Shown piece after piece: positions 1-13,714 of a stretch of 64,000 nucleotides of DNA; within the stretch, counting starts at the first letter, position 1; each line of letters begins with the position of its first letter. The stretch spans positions 11,284,001-11,348,000 of the forward strand of contig JBHGNT010000007.1 in the NCBI GenBank assembly GCA_043228905.1, read 5' to 3'. This DNA is from Azolla caroliniana (Eukaryota; Plantae; Polypodiophyta). The notes under the pieces were generated by a model that was not told where the DNA came from, did not search any database, and saw only the letters and a program-made list of their open reading frames with translations. The translations under genes were made by a program, and so were the position numbers.

Positions 1-765
1 ACATCTGCACGCCGTATGCCATCTCAAGAAACCACTCTACGGCCTCAAATAAGCACCGCGTGCTTGGCATTCGAAGATCACGCAGTATCTTCATCAAGTC
101 GGATTTTGGATGTCAACTGATCGGTAGTTTGATCTATCTAACCATTACGTGACCCGACCTCAATTATTCAGTCGGCCTACTTAGCCAATTCATGCAGAAT
201 CCGCGAAACCTTCATCTTGATTGTGCTAAGAGGATACTACCGTATGTAAGTACGACAATGGCCTATGGCATCATGTATAAGTCAAACACGACTATTCGAC
301 TCGAAGGGTACACCGACGCGGATTGGGCAAGCTATAAAGCGGATAGACGATCCACCTCCGTATTTGTCTTCTCCCTCAACAGTGGAGCAATCTCCTAGAG
401 CAGCAAGAAACAACCGACAGTCGCACTGTCGAGCACGGAACCCGAATATAGGGGCGCAACAGTCGCCGCATGCGAAGCCGTATGGCTTAAACACATACTA
501 AAGGATCTGGGCATTCCCATCAACGATCCAATTCGTCTCTACTGTGACAACATTAGCAGTATCTACCTGGCGTGGAACCCCGTATTTCAAACGTGGACTA
601 AACATATCGAAGTGCATTACCACTTCATCCGCGAGCGCGTAAAGGCCGGCGAGATTGACCTACAACATACCAGTACGCACCTCCAAGTTGATGATATATT
701 TACGAAGGCCTTAGGAATCGACAAGCTTGGGCAATTTGCATCGAACCTTGGTCTCATGACATCTA

Positions 766-1197
766 TGTAAAAGAGTAGCGTGTGGAAGCAGTAGAAAACC
801 GAAAACAGAAACGCGGGTTTAATGGAGAGCTTAGAATATACACAGTACGTGGGAGAGTCAGAGAGAGAAAGAGCACACAGAAACTCAATTCAAAATATTA
901 CTCAATCTGTACATCGTATGTGTTCAGTGAACACTTTTATACAAGTCCATACGGACTGACAGAAGTACGGTGTACTTCAATGCTCACACGAGCGTCTGAC
1001 ACTAACTACGAGACATTAACTACCTAGTAGCCTAGGCTGTTATTAAGCTTCCGGTTACTGCTTGATCCGGCTAACCGGCTCCCCAGCTCACCAGCTCACT
1101 TGCTCATTGGCTCACCGATCCGGCTCATCCTTCCGGATGCCGATCCAACTCAGGCTTATTCAGCCGATCCGGATCTGGTTGAGCTTGCCACTCAACA
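766..1197 (-). repeat. 3' LTR of element A
   Basis: TG...CA termini, adjacent PPT, about 95% identical by eye to 22551-22939. Confidence 0.93.
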
Positions 1198-1413
1198 CTC
1201 CCCCTCAAGCTCAACTTGACGTCGGATCGTAGCAGTCGGTCCTTCCACCTAGCTACTTCTGGCGTCACTCTGCCTCGCTCGCGCTCCTCGTCCGGTCCGG
1301 TTCCGTTTGCCGCGACCCATCTATTTCTGTGCACCTTGACCTCCTCGGTCGGCTTGTTTGTTCAACAGGCCCAATTCAGCTCCCTCGCTGCTGTGACTTC
1401 GGTGCTTGCCGAT

Positions 1414-4400
1414 TCACCGATTCCTTCGTGTTGGCGTCGACTTTCGCTGCCTTCTCGTCATCTTGGCCTTGAATTGATCCGGTTCTTCCGAATCCGTCTG
1501 TTGAACCGAATCGGTTGTCTCCGATTCGTTCCAGGTCTTGTCTGAATCGATCGCTCCCAATTCGTTTTCCAGTTCCAGGCCCTTCACCACATCGGACCAT
1601 GTCCGGGTCTTGGCGGCTCTGTCCTTCTTGACTCTGTCGTCGCTGCCGCTGGTTCCGACTTGTTCGGATGTGTCAACTTCCTTTGTCGACTCGGTTCCTT
1701 TCTTCTTCTTGTCTCTCCCTCTGTCGGTTCTTCCCTTACCGGTGCCATCGACAGTCTCTTTGCCTTTGCCCGTTCCGGTGTCTTTGCCAGTTCTCCCCCT
1801 CAAGTGTGACACGTTGAGATGCTGAACACCAAGCATTTCGGTGAAGTGTTGCAACTTGTCCGATCCGAGCGGTTTTCTGAAGATGTCGGCAGCTTGCCGA
1901 TCCGTATGAACATACCGAAGTTCGACTTCACCACTTAGGACACGCTCATGCACGAAGTGGTAGTGCACTTCTATGTGCTTTGTGCGAGCATGGAATACGG
2001 GGCTCTTGGCGAGCTGCATGTTGCTTATGTTGTCACAGTACATCAGGATCGGGGTTGACACCTTGAGCTGTAGGTCTTGCAGCAGTCGCCGAAGCCAAAT
2101 GGCTTCATAGGTGGCAACAGTAGCGCCCCGGTATTCAACCTCAGTGCTCGAAAGGGCCACTGTTGGCTGCTTTTTGCTGCTCCACGCAACAACCGCGCTA
2201 CTAAGGGAAAAAATATAGCCGGAAGTGGATTGGCGATCCGATGCATCGTCGTCCCAGTCGGCATCAGTGTAGCCGACTAGCTCTTCGATTATACCATGCT
2301 GGTATAACAGTTCCCGTTCCTTCGTGTCGTTCACATATCACAAAATTCGATGCGCTCACAGAAGGTGCTCCACGCTCGGCTTCTGCATATATTGGCTAAT
2401 CACCCCGACCGGATAACTGATGTCGGGTTGGGTGATTGTCAAATATATAAGGCTTTCGACGATTTGTCGGAACTGTTTCTCATCGTAGGCCGGTCCGGAG
2501 TCAGGACACTTCTGGTTCCGGTCCAGGGGTGTAGAGATAGGTGGGCATTCCGTCATGCCGAACTTGTACACCAAATTCAACACATTATGTCTCTGTGAGA
2601 GCAATATGCCGTCGGGGGTTCGGATCACCTCGATCCCAAGGAAATAGTGAAGGTCCTCCAGGTCCTTCATCTCAAATGCATCCGACAGCTGGGACTTGAC
2701 TCGCCCGATTTCATCAAGTCCAGGTCCGGTGATGACTAGATCATCAACATACAACAAAAGGTAGATCTGACCGTCTTGACCTTACCGGATGAACAACAAA
2801 GAGTCGGACTTGGAGGTTGCAAACCCCATCTTACGCAACCGGTCCGTGATCTTTGTATTCCAAGCTCGGGGGGCTTGCTTTAGGCCATAAAGTGACTTCT
2901 TAAACTGGCATACCGCCGACTTATTCATCTCCGATTGGAAATCGGGGGGTTGGGTCATAAAGACCTCTTCTTCAAGATCGCCTTGAAGAAATGCATTCTT
3001 TAGGTCCATCTGGTGAAGATACCACCCCTTTGCCGCAACAACCCCCAGCACCACAAGAACCATCGTCATTTTCACTAACAGAGCAAAGGTCTCGTCGTAG
3101 TCGATTCTGTGGGTCTGCGCGTATCCCTTCGCCACTAACCGAGCCTATCAGTTAACCAAACCGTCGGCATTGTACTTTACCTTGTACACCCACTTACATC
3201 CGATCAGTTTACAGTGTCGGGGAGGGTCAACTAGGTCCCATGTGTCGTTGGCATCGAGTGCCCGCATTTCTTCCTTCATAACGGCACGCCAATTTGCGTC
3301 CTTTGCCGCTTCTGCGTAGCTCTCCGGCTCACGCACTTCCGTCACCTTGGTCATGTACGCATAGTGATGCACCATGTACTCATTGTACCCGTACCGCTTC
3401 ACGGGGTTCTTCTGGCGGGTTGACCGATGTAACTTATCGTTACCCGGTTTGAGGCCCTTCTTGGCCGGGTCGGACTTCAGTCTCGAAGATCCACCTTCAT
3501 CCTTTCCGGAGTCGGATTCGCTCCGATCCGACTCAATGTTGCCAGTTTCGTATTCCGGCATCTTCTTCTCCCCCTTCTCTTTGCGCGTGAACTGTCTCCT
3601 CGGTTCCTTGTGTGGGGAGAGCACGATAGAGTCTCCATTACTCGCCGGTTCCTCATCCGACTGGTCATCCCGACTCAGCCGCTCATTCGGTCCACTTAAC
3701 CGAAATGAGATCGGACTCTCTTCTAGAGTGCCGAGATCTTCATCTTCTATCTAGACCGGTTCAGTCTCACTAGCCTCATCCTCCGGTATCGGGTCGGGGT
3801 CGGAAGTCGGAACCGGTAAGGCATACCATGCGGCCGTCTCATCAAACTCAACATCCCGGCTAACTCGGACTTGCTTCGTCCGGGGGTTATAGCACTTATA
3901 CCCCTTTTGCTCATGCGAGTAATCGACCAGGATGCATTTCTCCGACTTTGCATCCAACTTCCTCCGCTTCTCATCCGGTACATGCACATATGCAATACTA
4001 CCGAATAACCGAAGGTGTCTCAAATTCGGCTTGCGCCCAAAATACAGTTCATGCATGGACACCTTGTCACCGATCCGGTTTTGGATGTAGACGGCCGTCC
4101 GAACCGCCTCGGCCTAGTAGAAATGGGGCATGCTCTTCTCCTCCAGCATTGCCCTTGCTGCATCGACAATCAACCGGTTCTTTCTTTCGACTACACTATT
4201 TTGCTCCGGTGTGTATCTGTAGCTGAACTCTCTCCGAATTCCTGTTTGCTGCAGATAACTATTGAATTGGCCAGAAAAATATTGTTTTCCGCCATCCGAC
4301 CGCAGGCACTTGATCTTCCTGTCCGTTTCCCGTTCAACCAGGCTTTGCAGGGTCCGGAAACACTCGAACACTTCGCTCTTCCACTCAATGAGGTAGATCC

Positions 4401-5930
4401 ATGTGTGCCGCTGTAGTCGTCGATGAAGGAGACGAAATACCGACTCCCGCCAAGACCAACGTTTTGTGCCGGTCCCCATACATATGAATGGATTAGATCG
4501 AGCTCGTTATGGCTTCGATTTCATTCAGTGGGGAATGGAAGCTGATGTTGCTTGCCGAGTTGGTAGGCTTCACCTATTTGAGCCTTCCGGCCACTGAACT
4601 TCGGCAAACCGAAAACAACTTGTTTCGTTTGCAGGTCTTGAAGCCTCCGGTAATTGACGTGGCCAATCCGCTTGTGCCAGATATCAATATCCGATTCAAT
4701 CTTCTGTCCTTTGGCGAACAAAGCAATGCCAACGTCATTGGTGTCGAGGATAAACATCCTCCCGTCTCTGCGCCCTTGTGCAATGATTTGACCCTCATCC
4801 TCGATGAAGCACCCGAGGTGCGTAAACCGCACCTGCATCCCCTGGTCGACAATCTGTCCAATCAACACCAGGTTCTTCGTGATGGTCGGAACTTGTAATA
4901 CGTTCATCAGCTTCCCCCTCTGTTTGATGTGGCTCAAAGGGACTTCTCTGACATGCACGATTGGGTGTGGAGTGCCGTCTCCGGTTTCGACAACTCTTGG
5001 TTGTTCCGGTTTCTCCAAGAAAGAGAACCACTCTTTGTGGCTCATCATGTAATTCAACGCACCGGAATCAACATACCACACTTCCTTCGATTTGGAAGTG
5101 GTCTTCTTCATCGAGTTAGCCTCATGTTTCATCACCAAGCCTAGCCCTTTACCGGCTTTTCCAGTTTTGGATATTCTCGATCCTTCTGCGTAGTGCGAGT
5201 ATTGTTGGTTCTCTCTGCCGGCCTTGCCGGATCCAAATCTGTCTGAATCCGCGCGCTTCTTCCAGCACTCGCTTTCTCTGTGGCCCTTTTTACTACAGTA
5301 CCAACATTCCGTATCAGCCTTTGCTTGCCGGCCTCTGCCGCCGCCTTGACTCCCCCTCCTTGTGGAGGGTCCGGAAGTGCTGTCGGCACTTTCTTTGTGC
5401 CTTCGTTCATGCTCTTTCCGGCCGCTACCATTGCGAGCCGACCTGCCTCATCCACCACGCCCACGGGGCCAATTCACCTCCGTGTACAACATCTGGTTGT
5501 CGGTGGGTGCACTTGTTGACGCACCGACATGGTTCTCCTCCACAAGGAGCATCGACTGTAAGTCAAAAAATGTCGGTGTATTCTCCCGTGTACACACATC
5601 AATTCGGAACGCTCCGAACTTTAACACCAAACCTCTGAGATAGATTTGCACCATATTAGCTTCTTCGATATTCACATCGATGGAGGCCAGAGAGTCGCAA
5701 ATGTCCTTGATTTTGGAGGTGTAGTCTGCCACCGACAAGTCGCATTGTCGTAGGTTGCTCAGCTCCTGTCACAGTTGAAGCTTCCTGGTTGTAGTGCTTG
5801 TGGCGAAAATCTTCTTCAGATTTCCCCAAATCCGTAGTTGTTTCTGTCGAGCTTCTTCGTCGGAAGCGAGCTAGCCATGCCTCTATCCATCGGTTTTTAC
5901 CTAATCTTCTTGGTTGGTTTTCCTTTCAAG
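1414..5930 (-). pseudogene. gag-pol pseudogene of element A
   Basis: WYVDSGA protease, WHKRIGH GAG-pre-integrase, LRSDGG integrase, YGLKQAPRAW/LYVDDL RT and RNaseH motifs across broken ORFs; internal gag deletion near 5830. Confidence 0.92.
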
Positions 5931-6484
5931 CTATGTCGGCTACAGAGGTTCTCAACCCTCGCACTCTGATACCATGTAAAGGATTAGTGTGCGAAAGTGT
6001 TGAGAGACAAGCTCAACATTAGTGCGTAATATGATGCGTAACCCAGTGCATAGACTGGGTGCGTAAATCGGTACGCATAACATAGTTGTATCGGTGTGAA
6101 AACCGCGAGGCCGTTGGGAAGATATTCCTCGTAAGGAATAATTTTGGGAGTTAGTGTAGTAGGCTCATTTATGAGCGGTCAAGTACTATCAGTACTTGTG
6201 TCAGCCCTATTGTCAGGGGTTGTATAAAATGTGCTCACTGAGCACGGTGTATTTATAGATTGAGTATTACTTTGAATTGAATCTCTGTGTGTCTTCTCTC
6301 TCTTTGTCTCTCCCGCGTACTGTGTATATTCTAAGCTCTCCATTAAACCTGCGTTTTTGTGTTCAGTTTTCTATTGCTTCCGCACACTATTCTTTTTACA
6401 TGGTATTAGAGCGCGAGGGTTGAGAACCTCTGTAGCCGACATAGCTTGAAAAGGAAACCAACCATGAAGAACAGGAAAAACAAA

Positions 6485-9400
6485 ATGGATAGAGACATGG
6501 CTAGCTCGCTTCCTACTGAGAAGCTCGACAGAAACAACTACGCGTCTTAGTCCTACAAGATGCATCAGTACCTGCTCGGGCACGGTTACTGGAGCTATGT
6601 CAACAGAGCAAATGACACAACACCCAAATCGACACACAAAGATTTCCCGGCGTGGGAATAGTCGGTGAGTAGAGTACTGTACTGCTTCGCGTCTTGTGTG
6701 GGTGAACAGCTTCTGAGCTATATTCGAGATGCGAAAACGTCAAAGGATGCTTGGGGAAATCTGAAGAAGATTTTCGTTGCAACACCACAACTAGGAAGCT
6801 TCAACTCTAACAGGAGCTAAGCAACTTACGACAACGTGACTTGTCGATGGCTGATTACACCTCGATGATCAAAGAGATATGCAACTCCTTAGCCTCTATC
6901 GAAGTGAACGTCGAGGAAGGCGAGATGGTGTAGATCTGTCTCGGGGAACTGGCGTCGAAGTTCGGAGCATTCCGAACTGCTATATATACACTAGAGAATA
7001 TGTTGTTGTTTTTCGACTTACAGTCGATGTTCCTTATAGAGGAGAACCACTCGGGTGCGTCTACGAGCACACATGCTAACAACAAGATGTTGTACACGGA
7101 GGGAGATAAGCCTCGTGGTCGTGGCGAACGAGGCGAATCGGTGCGCAATGGAGGCAACTGACGGGATCAAGGAAGAAGGCACCAAAGTGATGCCGACAAC
7201 AATTCCGGACCCTCCGGAAACAGGGGGAGTCGAGGCGATGAGAACCGGCAAGGGAAATCCGCCACGGAATGCTAGTATTGTGGCAAGAAAGGCCACAAGG
7301 AGAGCGAGTGCTAGAAAAAGCACGCCGATTTGGAGAGAACCAGGCCCGGATTAGGTTCTGGACAGACCGACAAAGGAAATCGGCAGCGATCCCACTACGT
7401 CGAAGGATTCGGAAAAGGATCAGCCTTTGTGACGAGACACAAAGCAAACTCGATGAAGAAGATCACCCTGAAGTCGGACGAGGTGTGGTACGTCGACTCC
7501 GGCACGTCAAACCACATGACGTGCCACAAGGAGTGGTTCTCGTACCTAGAAAAACCGATGCAACTGGGAGTAGTCGCAACTGGAGACGACACTACGCTTC
7601 CGATCGCGAATGTCGGTGAAGTTCCCCTGAGCCATGTCGGGTAGAAAGGGAAACTCATGAACGTGTTACACGTCCCGACTATCACGAAGAACTTGGTGTC
7701 AGTCGGTCAGATCGTTGACCAGGGGATGCAAGTCCAGTTCACGCATCTCGGGTGCTTCATCGAAGAAGAAGGCCGAGTTATTGTGCAAGGGCTCAGAGAT
7801 GGGAGGATGTTTATCCTCGACTCTAGTGACGGTGGCACCGCAATGTTCACGAAAGGGCAAAAAGTCGAATCGGATATTGACTTATGGCACAAGCGGGTAG
7901 GCCACGTCAACTATCAACGACTTTAGGACCTGCAATCGAAATAGGTGGTGTTCAGATTGCCCAAATTTAGTGGCCGGAGGGCGCAAATTTGTGAAGCCTG
8001 CCAGCTAGGGAAGCAACACCGACTTCCTTTCCCTAACGAGCGTAACCGGAGCCAGAATAAGCTCGACTTTATACATTTCGATGTATCGGGGCCGGCACAA
8101 AATGTTAGTCTTGGCGGGAGTCGATATGTCGTCTCCTTCATCGACGACTATACGCGGCACACGTGGATCTACCTCATTGAGAAGAAGAGTGAAGTCTTCG
8201 ATTGTTTCCGGGACCTCGAGAGTTTCGTCGAAAGAGAAACAGGAAGAAGGATCAAGTGCCTGCGGTCGGATGGCAGAAAAGAGTACTTCTTCGGTCAATT
8301 CAACGGGTATCTACAATAGATGGGAATTCGACGCGAATTCAATTGCAGATATACGCTAGTGCAAAACGGCGTGGCCGAAAGGAAAAATCGGTTGGTTGTG
8401 GAAGCGGCGCGAGCAATGCTGGAGGAGAAGAGCTTGCCCAAGTTCTATTGGGTCGAGGCAGTACGAACCGCGGTATACATCCAGAATCGGATCGGAGACA
8501 AAGTGTCGGCGCATGAGCAGTATTTTGGAAGGAAGCCGAATCTACGATACTTGAGATTTTTCGGTAGCATTGCGTATGTGCATGTGCCGAAGGAGAGACG
8601 GATGAAGTTGGATGCGAAACCTGAGAAGTGTATCTTGGTCGGCTATTCGGACGAGCAGAAGGGTTATAAGTGTTATAACCCTCGCACCAAACAAGCGTGC
8701 GTGAGCCGTGACATTGTGTTTGACGAGTTCACGTCCTGGTGCTTGCCTCCGACTCTAGACCTTACCTCTAATCCGAGTTCTGACGATGAAGTCAGCGAGG
8801 CCGAGATGCCTCCGGATGAGCCTGAAATCGGGACCCGCGAAGAGAGTCCGATTTCGTTTCAGTCAAGCGGACCGAATGGACGGCTGAGTCGGTTTGACCA
8901 GTCCGATGAACAACCGGCGAGTAGTGGAGACTCGGTCGTGCATTCCCCGTGCAGGAAGTCAAGGAGACGGCTTACGTGCAAGGAAAAAGGGAAGAAGAAG
9001 GTGTCAAATTACGGCACGGATAGGAACGAGTCGGATCGACACGAGTCTGACTTCGAGGGGGTCTTCGAGAGCGAAGTCCGCGTCGGCCAAGAAAGCCTTA
9101 ACTTCGGCTAATGAGCAATTATCTAGATCTACCCGCCAGAAGAACCCTATTGTGCAGTTTGGTTACAACAAGTACATGGCACATCATTATGCGTACATGA
9201 CGTGTGTAGCGGAAGTGCGTGAGCTGGAGAGCTACGCAAAAGCGGCGAAGGACGCGAATTAGCATGCCGCAATGAAGGAAGAGATGCGCGCATTGGCGGA
9301 GAATGAAACCTGGGACCTGGATGTTGCACCGAAAGGTATGAAGCCAATCGGATGTACGTGGGTGTACAAGGTCAAGTACAACATTGATGGCTCTGTCAAC

Positions 9401-11150
9401 CGATACAAGGCCTGGTTAGTAGCGAAAGGCTATGCGCAGAAACACGACATCGACTACGATGAGACGTTTGCGCTGGTCGCGAAGATGACGACCATCCGTG
9501 TTTTGCTCGCAGTAGCTGCGGCAAAGGGGTGTCACTTACATCAGATGGATGTAAAGAATGCGTTCTTGGAAGCTGAACTTGAGGAATAGGTGTACATGGT
9601 ACAACCCCCCGGATTTCACTCCAGAACGAACACTTCGGCAGTGTGCCGATTGAAGAAGTCCCTCTACGGACTAAAGCAAGCCCCACATGCCTGGAACGCG
9701 AAGATCACGCAACGATTGCGTCGGATGGGCTTTGCGACGTCAAAATCGGACTCCTCACTGTTCATCTGGAAAGCTCGACTCGGGCTGGTTAGCATTTTAC
9801 TTTATGTTGATGACTTGGTCATCACCGGCGCCGACCTTGGTGAGATTGACCGCGTGAAGCTCCAGCTTGCGGCATCATTCGACATGAAGGATCTGGGGGA
9901 CCTTCATTACTTCCTCGAGATCGAAGTGATCCGCACCCCCGAAGGCATACTGATCAGCCAACGACATTACGTGTTGAGTATGCTCTTCAAATTTGGGATG
10001 GCCGACTGTAAGTCCGTCTCGACTCCTTTGGATAGAACCGTCAAGCTTCGCCCCGATTCCGGAAAGGTATGCGACCCGACGAGGTTCCGACAGATAGTCG
10101 GAAGCCTTATATACTTGACCATCACCCAACTAGATCTTAGCTACACGGTCGGGGTGAGTAGTCAATTCATGGCGCGACCAACCGAGGAGCACCTTCAGTG
10201 CGCACAACGTGTACTTCGGTACGCCAGTGGCACTAAGGACCGGGGGCTACTATACCGGATTGATATTTCCGTGCAGTTAATCGGTTACACCGATGCTGAT
10301 TGGGCCGGAAACGCCAGCGATTGCCGATCCACGTCCGGTTTCGCATTCTCTCTTGGGAGTGTCGCGATCGCGTGGAGTAGCAAGAAACAGCCGACAGTTG
10401 CACTGTCGAGCACCGAAGCCGAGTATAGAGGAGCGGCTATCACGACATGCGAAGCCATATTGATGAAGCGGCTACTTAAGGATCTGCAGGTGGAGGTATC
10501 CGATCCAACGACAATCTACTGTGACAACCTCAGCAACATCTAGCTAGCAAAGAACCCCTTCTTCCACGCCCGGACTAAGCACATCGAGGTGCACTACCAT
10601 TTCGTCCATGAGCGTGTCCTCTTCGGTGAAGTCGAACTTCAGTATGTTCCGACGGATCGGCAGACCCCGACATCTTCACCAAGCCTCTTGGTCTGGACAA
10701 GTTGTGGCAATTCTCGGGTGCACTTGGGTTGCATCACCTCGGCGTGCCGAACTTGAGGGGGAGAGACGTCCCGGATGATGTCCATGTCCTAGATGATCAT
10801 GGAAGGGAGTAGGAAAGGAATGGAAAAGACCGTGACGCCGAGTCGGATGACGAATTCTATTTCGGATCGGCTGAAGAAGCCGAGGGCAGATCCGCGGAAG
10901 AGTTTGAAAGTAGACATAAGGGGAGCAGCCGGAAGAAAGAGCCGAAGCAAGCCAAGCATGGGGGAGATAAAGCCATCAAGGGTGAGAATACCGAAGACGA
11001 GTTGGAGACAGCCAACTCAGACAAAAATGAAAACCGATCGGAGGAAGTCGAATCAGTTCGGATGTTTGATTCGAATATGCTGAATCAACCGAGGGCCAAG
11101 TGGAAGAGAAGGCAACAGAAGAGGCGCCAACACCGCAACAGCAAGGAAGC
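6485..11150 (+). pseudogene. gag-pol pseudogene of element B
   Basis: WYVDSG, CEACQLGKQHR, FIDDYTR, NGVAERKNR, LYVDDL, GYTDADWAG motifs; many in-frame TAG stops, mostly at CAG/TGG positions. Confidence 0.92.
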
Positions 11151-12193
11151 TGAGAAGGGCCGTGTAAGCAGACTAGCCGACCAGAAGGGTCGAGGCGCGT
11201 GGAATCAGACAGGTCGAGGAGCGTGAGCAGGGCGCGAAGCCAGAAGGAACCAAAGCGTAGATCCGGCGGAGCAGGTGGAACCTCAAGTTGAGCTTGAGGG
11301 GGACTGTTGAGATACAAGCTCAACATTAGTGCGTAATACGATGCGTAACCCAGTGCGTAGATTGGGTGCGTAAATCAGTACGCATAACATAGCTGTATCG
11401 ATGTGAAAACCGCGAGGCCGTTGGGAAGATATTCCTCGTAAGGAATAATTTTGGGAGTTAGTGTAGTAGGCTCATTTATGAGCGGTCAAGTACTATCAGT
11501 ACTTGTGTCAGCCCTATTGTCAGGGCTTGTATAAAAGGTGCTCATTGAGCACGGTGTATGTGTTGGGATTACGGTCCCTTCGGATGGGATGGTCGGATGT
11601 CGGAGATGAATGCCGACGAGCCCGGTTTCGGTTTCGGAACCGGATGATGAAGACCCCGGCTTCGGAGCCGGATGACGAATGTACCCGGAGAGAGATCCGG
11701 ATGCGGGGACATATCCGTGAATATGTTTGCTAAGGGCCCTTGAGGCTATAGTTGTAAATAGCCCTAAAGTCATATGTGTATAAATATGACTTAGGGCAAA
11801 CAGTTTTATGTTGCTACTCATTTTTCTGTTTTTCCACTCAAGAGGAGTGAAGAGAGAGCAGCCGTGAGAGAGAGATAGAGCGTGAGAGAGGAAGAGGTCG
11901 ACGCCTCTGTGTATTTCCGCCGCCTGTGGCGAGGACAGCGAGCTCAAGGTCGTCGCCTTGCAGCTCGCCATTGTATACTTCTCTGTGCATAGTTTTGGTT
12001 CGGAGTCTTGTACTCCCGTGGTTTTTCCCGTATAGGGTTTTCCACGTTAATCCCTGTGTTATCGTGTCTTTCTCTGTATTTCCCATTTTCTGCAACAATG
12101 ATTCGTGTGTTTCCTTGGTTGTGGCCGAGAGGTGAAGGTGAATCGGAGCGTCGATTCTCAACAAAGTGGTATCAGAGCAGGCTGCTGCAGAAA

Positions 12194-12997
12194 ATGGAAG
12201 GCGGCGGCAGCGGGCAGCCGGGGATGATGGTGCTGAATGCGCAGAATTACGCCGACTGGAAGATCAAGATGGAGGATCTTCTGATTGTTCGGGACCTGTA
12301 CGAACCGATTGACAGGTCGGAAATACCGAAGGGGGTACTTGAGTCGGAATGGAGGCATCTGAACCGGAAAGCCGTTGCAACCATTCGGCAATACGTCGAC
12401 GTGAGCGTTCTACAACATGTGGCGAACGACATCAACGCATATGAGATGTGGCGGAAGCTGTCGGGCCTCTACGAGAGGAAGAATGCGTTGAACCGGACCT
12501 CCCTGATGAGGAAGATAGTGAACCTCAAGTACCGGGACGGCGAGAGTATGGTGGAACACGTAAGCACGTTCATGGGATTCGTGAACCAGCTTGCGGCGAT
12601 CAAGTTCCCGCTGGAGGATGCAATGCAAGCCATCATTCTTATGTGTACGTTGCCGGAAAGCTGGGAGAACTTGGTGGTGACTCTCAGCACCTCCTGCACG
12701 GAAGATAACTTGTCCCTACAAACGGTAAAGACAAGTATTTTGAACGAAGAAGCGCGTCGGAGAGATAAAGAACCGGCCTCCGACTCGAAGGCGCTGCTTA
12801 CCGAATCGGATCGGGGAAGACAATGGAACCGGAGTCCGCAAAGATGGGAGAAGTCGGGGACCCGGTCGCAGTCAAGAGGAAGACCCACATGCTTCCACTG
12901 TGGGAAGCCGGGGCACTTCCGGAAGAATTGTCGGCATTACCGAAAGGACAACGTGTTGGGATTTCGGTCCCTCCGGATGGGATGTCCCCGGAGATAA
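12194..12997 (+). CDS. Gag of element C with CCHC zinc knuckle, truncated by element D (stop lies inside the D LTR)
   Basis: ATG at 12194; NYADWKIKMEDLL and CFHCGKPGHFRKNC motifs; nearly identical to the N-terminus of D. Confidence 0.8.
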   Translation: MEGGGSGQPGMMVLNAQNYADWKIKMEDLLIVRDLYEPIDRSEIPKGVLESEWRHLNRKAVATIRQYVDVSVLQHVANDINAYEMWRKLSGLYERKNALNRTSLMRKIVNLKYRDGESMVEHVSTFMGFVNQLAAIKFPLEDAMQAIILMCTLPESWENLVVTLSTSCTEDNLSLQTVKTSILNEEARRRDKEPASDSKALLTESDRGRQWNRSPQRWEKSGTRSQSRGRPTCFHCGKPGHFRKNCRHYRKDNVLGFRSLRMGCPRR

Positions 12998-13021
12998 ATG
13001 ACGGCAAGCCCGGTTGCGGTT

Positions 13022-13212
13022 ACGGAACCGGATGATGAATAGTACCCGGCATGAAGCCGGATGAAGAGACCCCGGTTACGGAGCCGGATGACGAAGACCC
13101 GGTTACGGAGCCGGATGACGAAGACCCGGTTACGGAGCCGGATGACGAAGACCCGGTTACGGAGCCGGATGACGAAGACCCGGCTACGGAGCCGGATGAT
13201 GAGTGTACCCGG
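13022..13212 (+). repeat. 27-bp tandem repeat array in U3 of the D 5' LTR (unit GAGCCGGATGACGAAGACCCGGTTACG)
   Basis: Directly visible; the 3' LTR copy (~17867-18030) has one unit fewer. Confidence 0.95.
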
Positions 13213-13382
13213 AGAGAGATCCGGATGCGGGGACATATTTGTGAATATGTTTGCCAAGAGCCCTTGAGGCTATATTTGTAAATAGCCCGAAAGTCATATG
13301 TGTATAAATATGACTTAGGGCAAACAATTTCTGTTGTTGCTCATTTTTCATGTTCTAGTCGAGCGAACGAAGTGAGAGCAGC

Positions 13383-13414
<32 letters not shown>

Positions 13415-13714
13415 GAAGAGGTCGACGCCTCTGTGTAATACCGCCGCCTGTGGCGAGGACAGCGAGCTCAAGGTCGTTGCCTTGCAGCTCGCCATTGTAT
13501 ATTTCTCTGTGCATAGTTTGGTTTGGAGTCTCGCACTCCCGTGGTTTTTCCCGTATAGGGTTTTCCACGTTAATCCCTGTGTATCGCGTCTTTCTCTGTA
13601 TTTCCTATTTTCTGCTGCATTGATCCGTGATTACTCGGTTGTGGCCGAGCGGAGAAGGTGAATCAAACCGGTGATTCCCCACAAACTGGTATCAGAGCGA
13701 CGGCAGTGCAGAAA

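Noticed and set aside
10790-11300. env-like extra ORF in the 3' region of A/B-group elements
   Set aside because: Short, hydrophilic, no transmembrane segment, and in frame with RNaseH in element A
13022-13212. CRISPR-like look of the 27-bp repeats and the acidic EPDDEDPVT ORF
   Set aside because: Head-to-tail repeats without unique spacers inside a eukaryotic LTR; the ORF is a by-product of a unit length divisible by three
13658-13714. ORF-track start of the D polyprotein at 13658
   Set aside because: GTG inside the LTR upstream of the PBS; the ATG at 13715 matches the start used in element C
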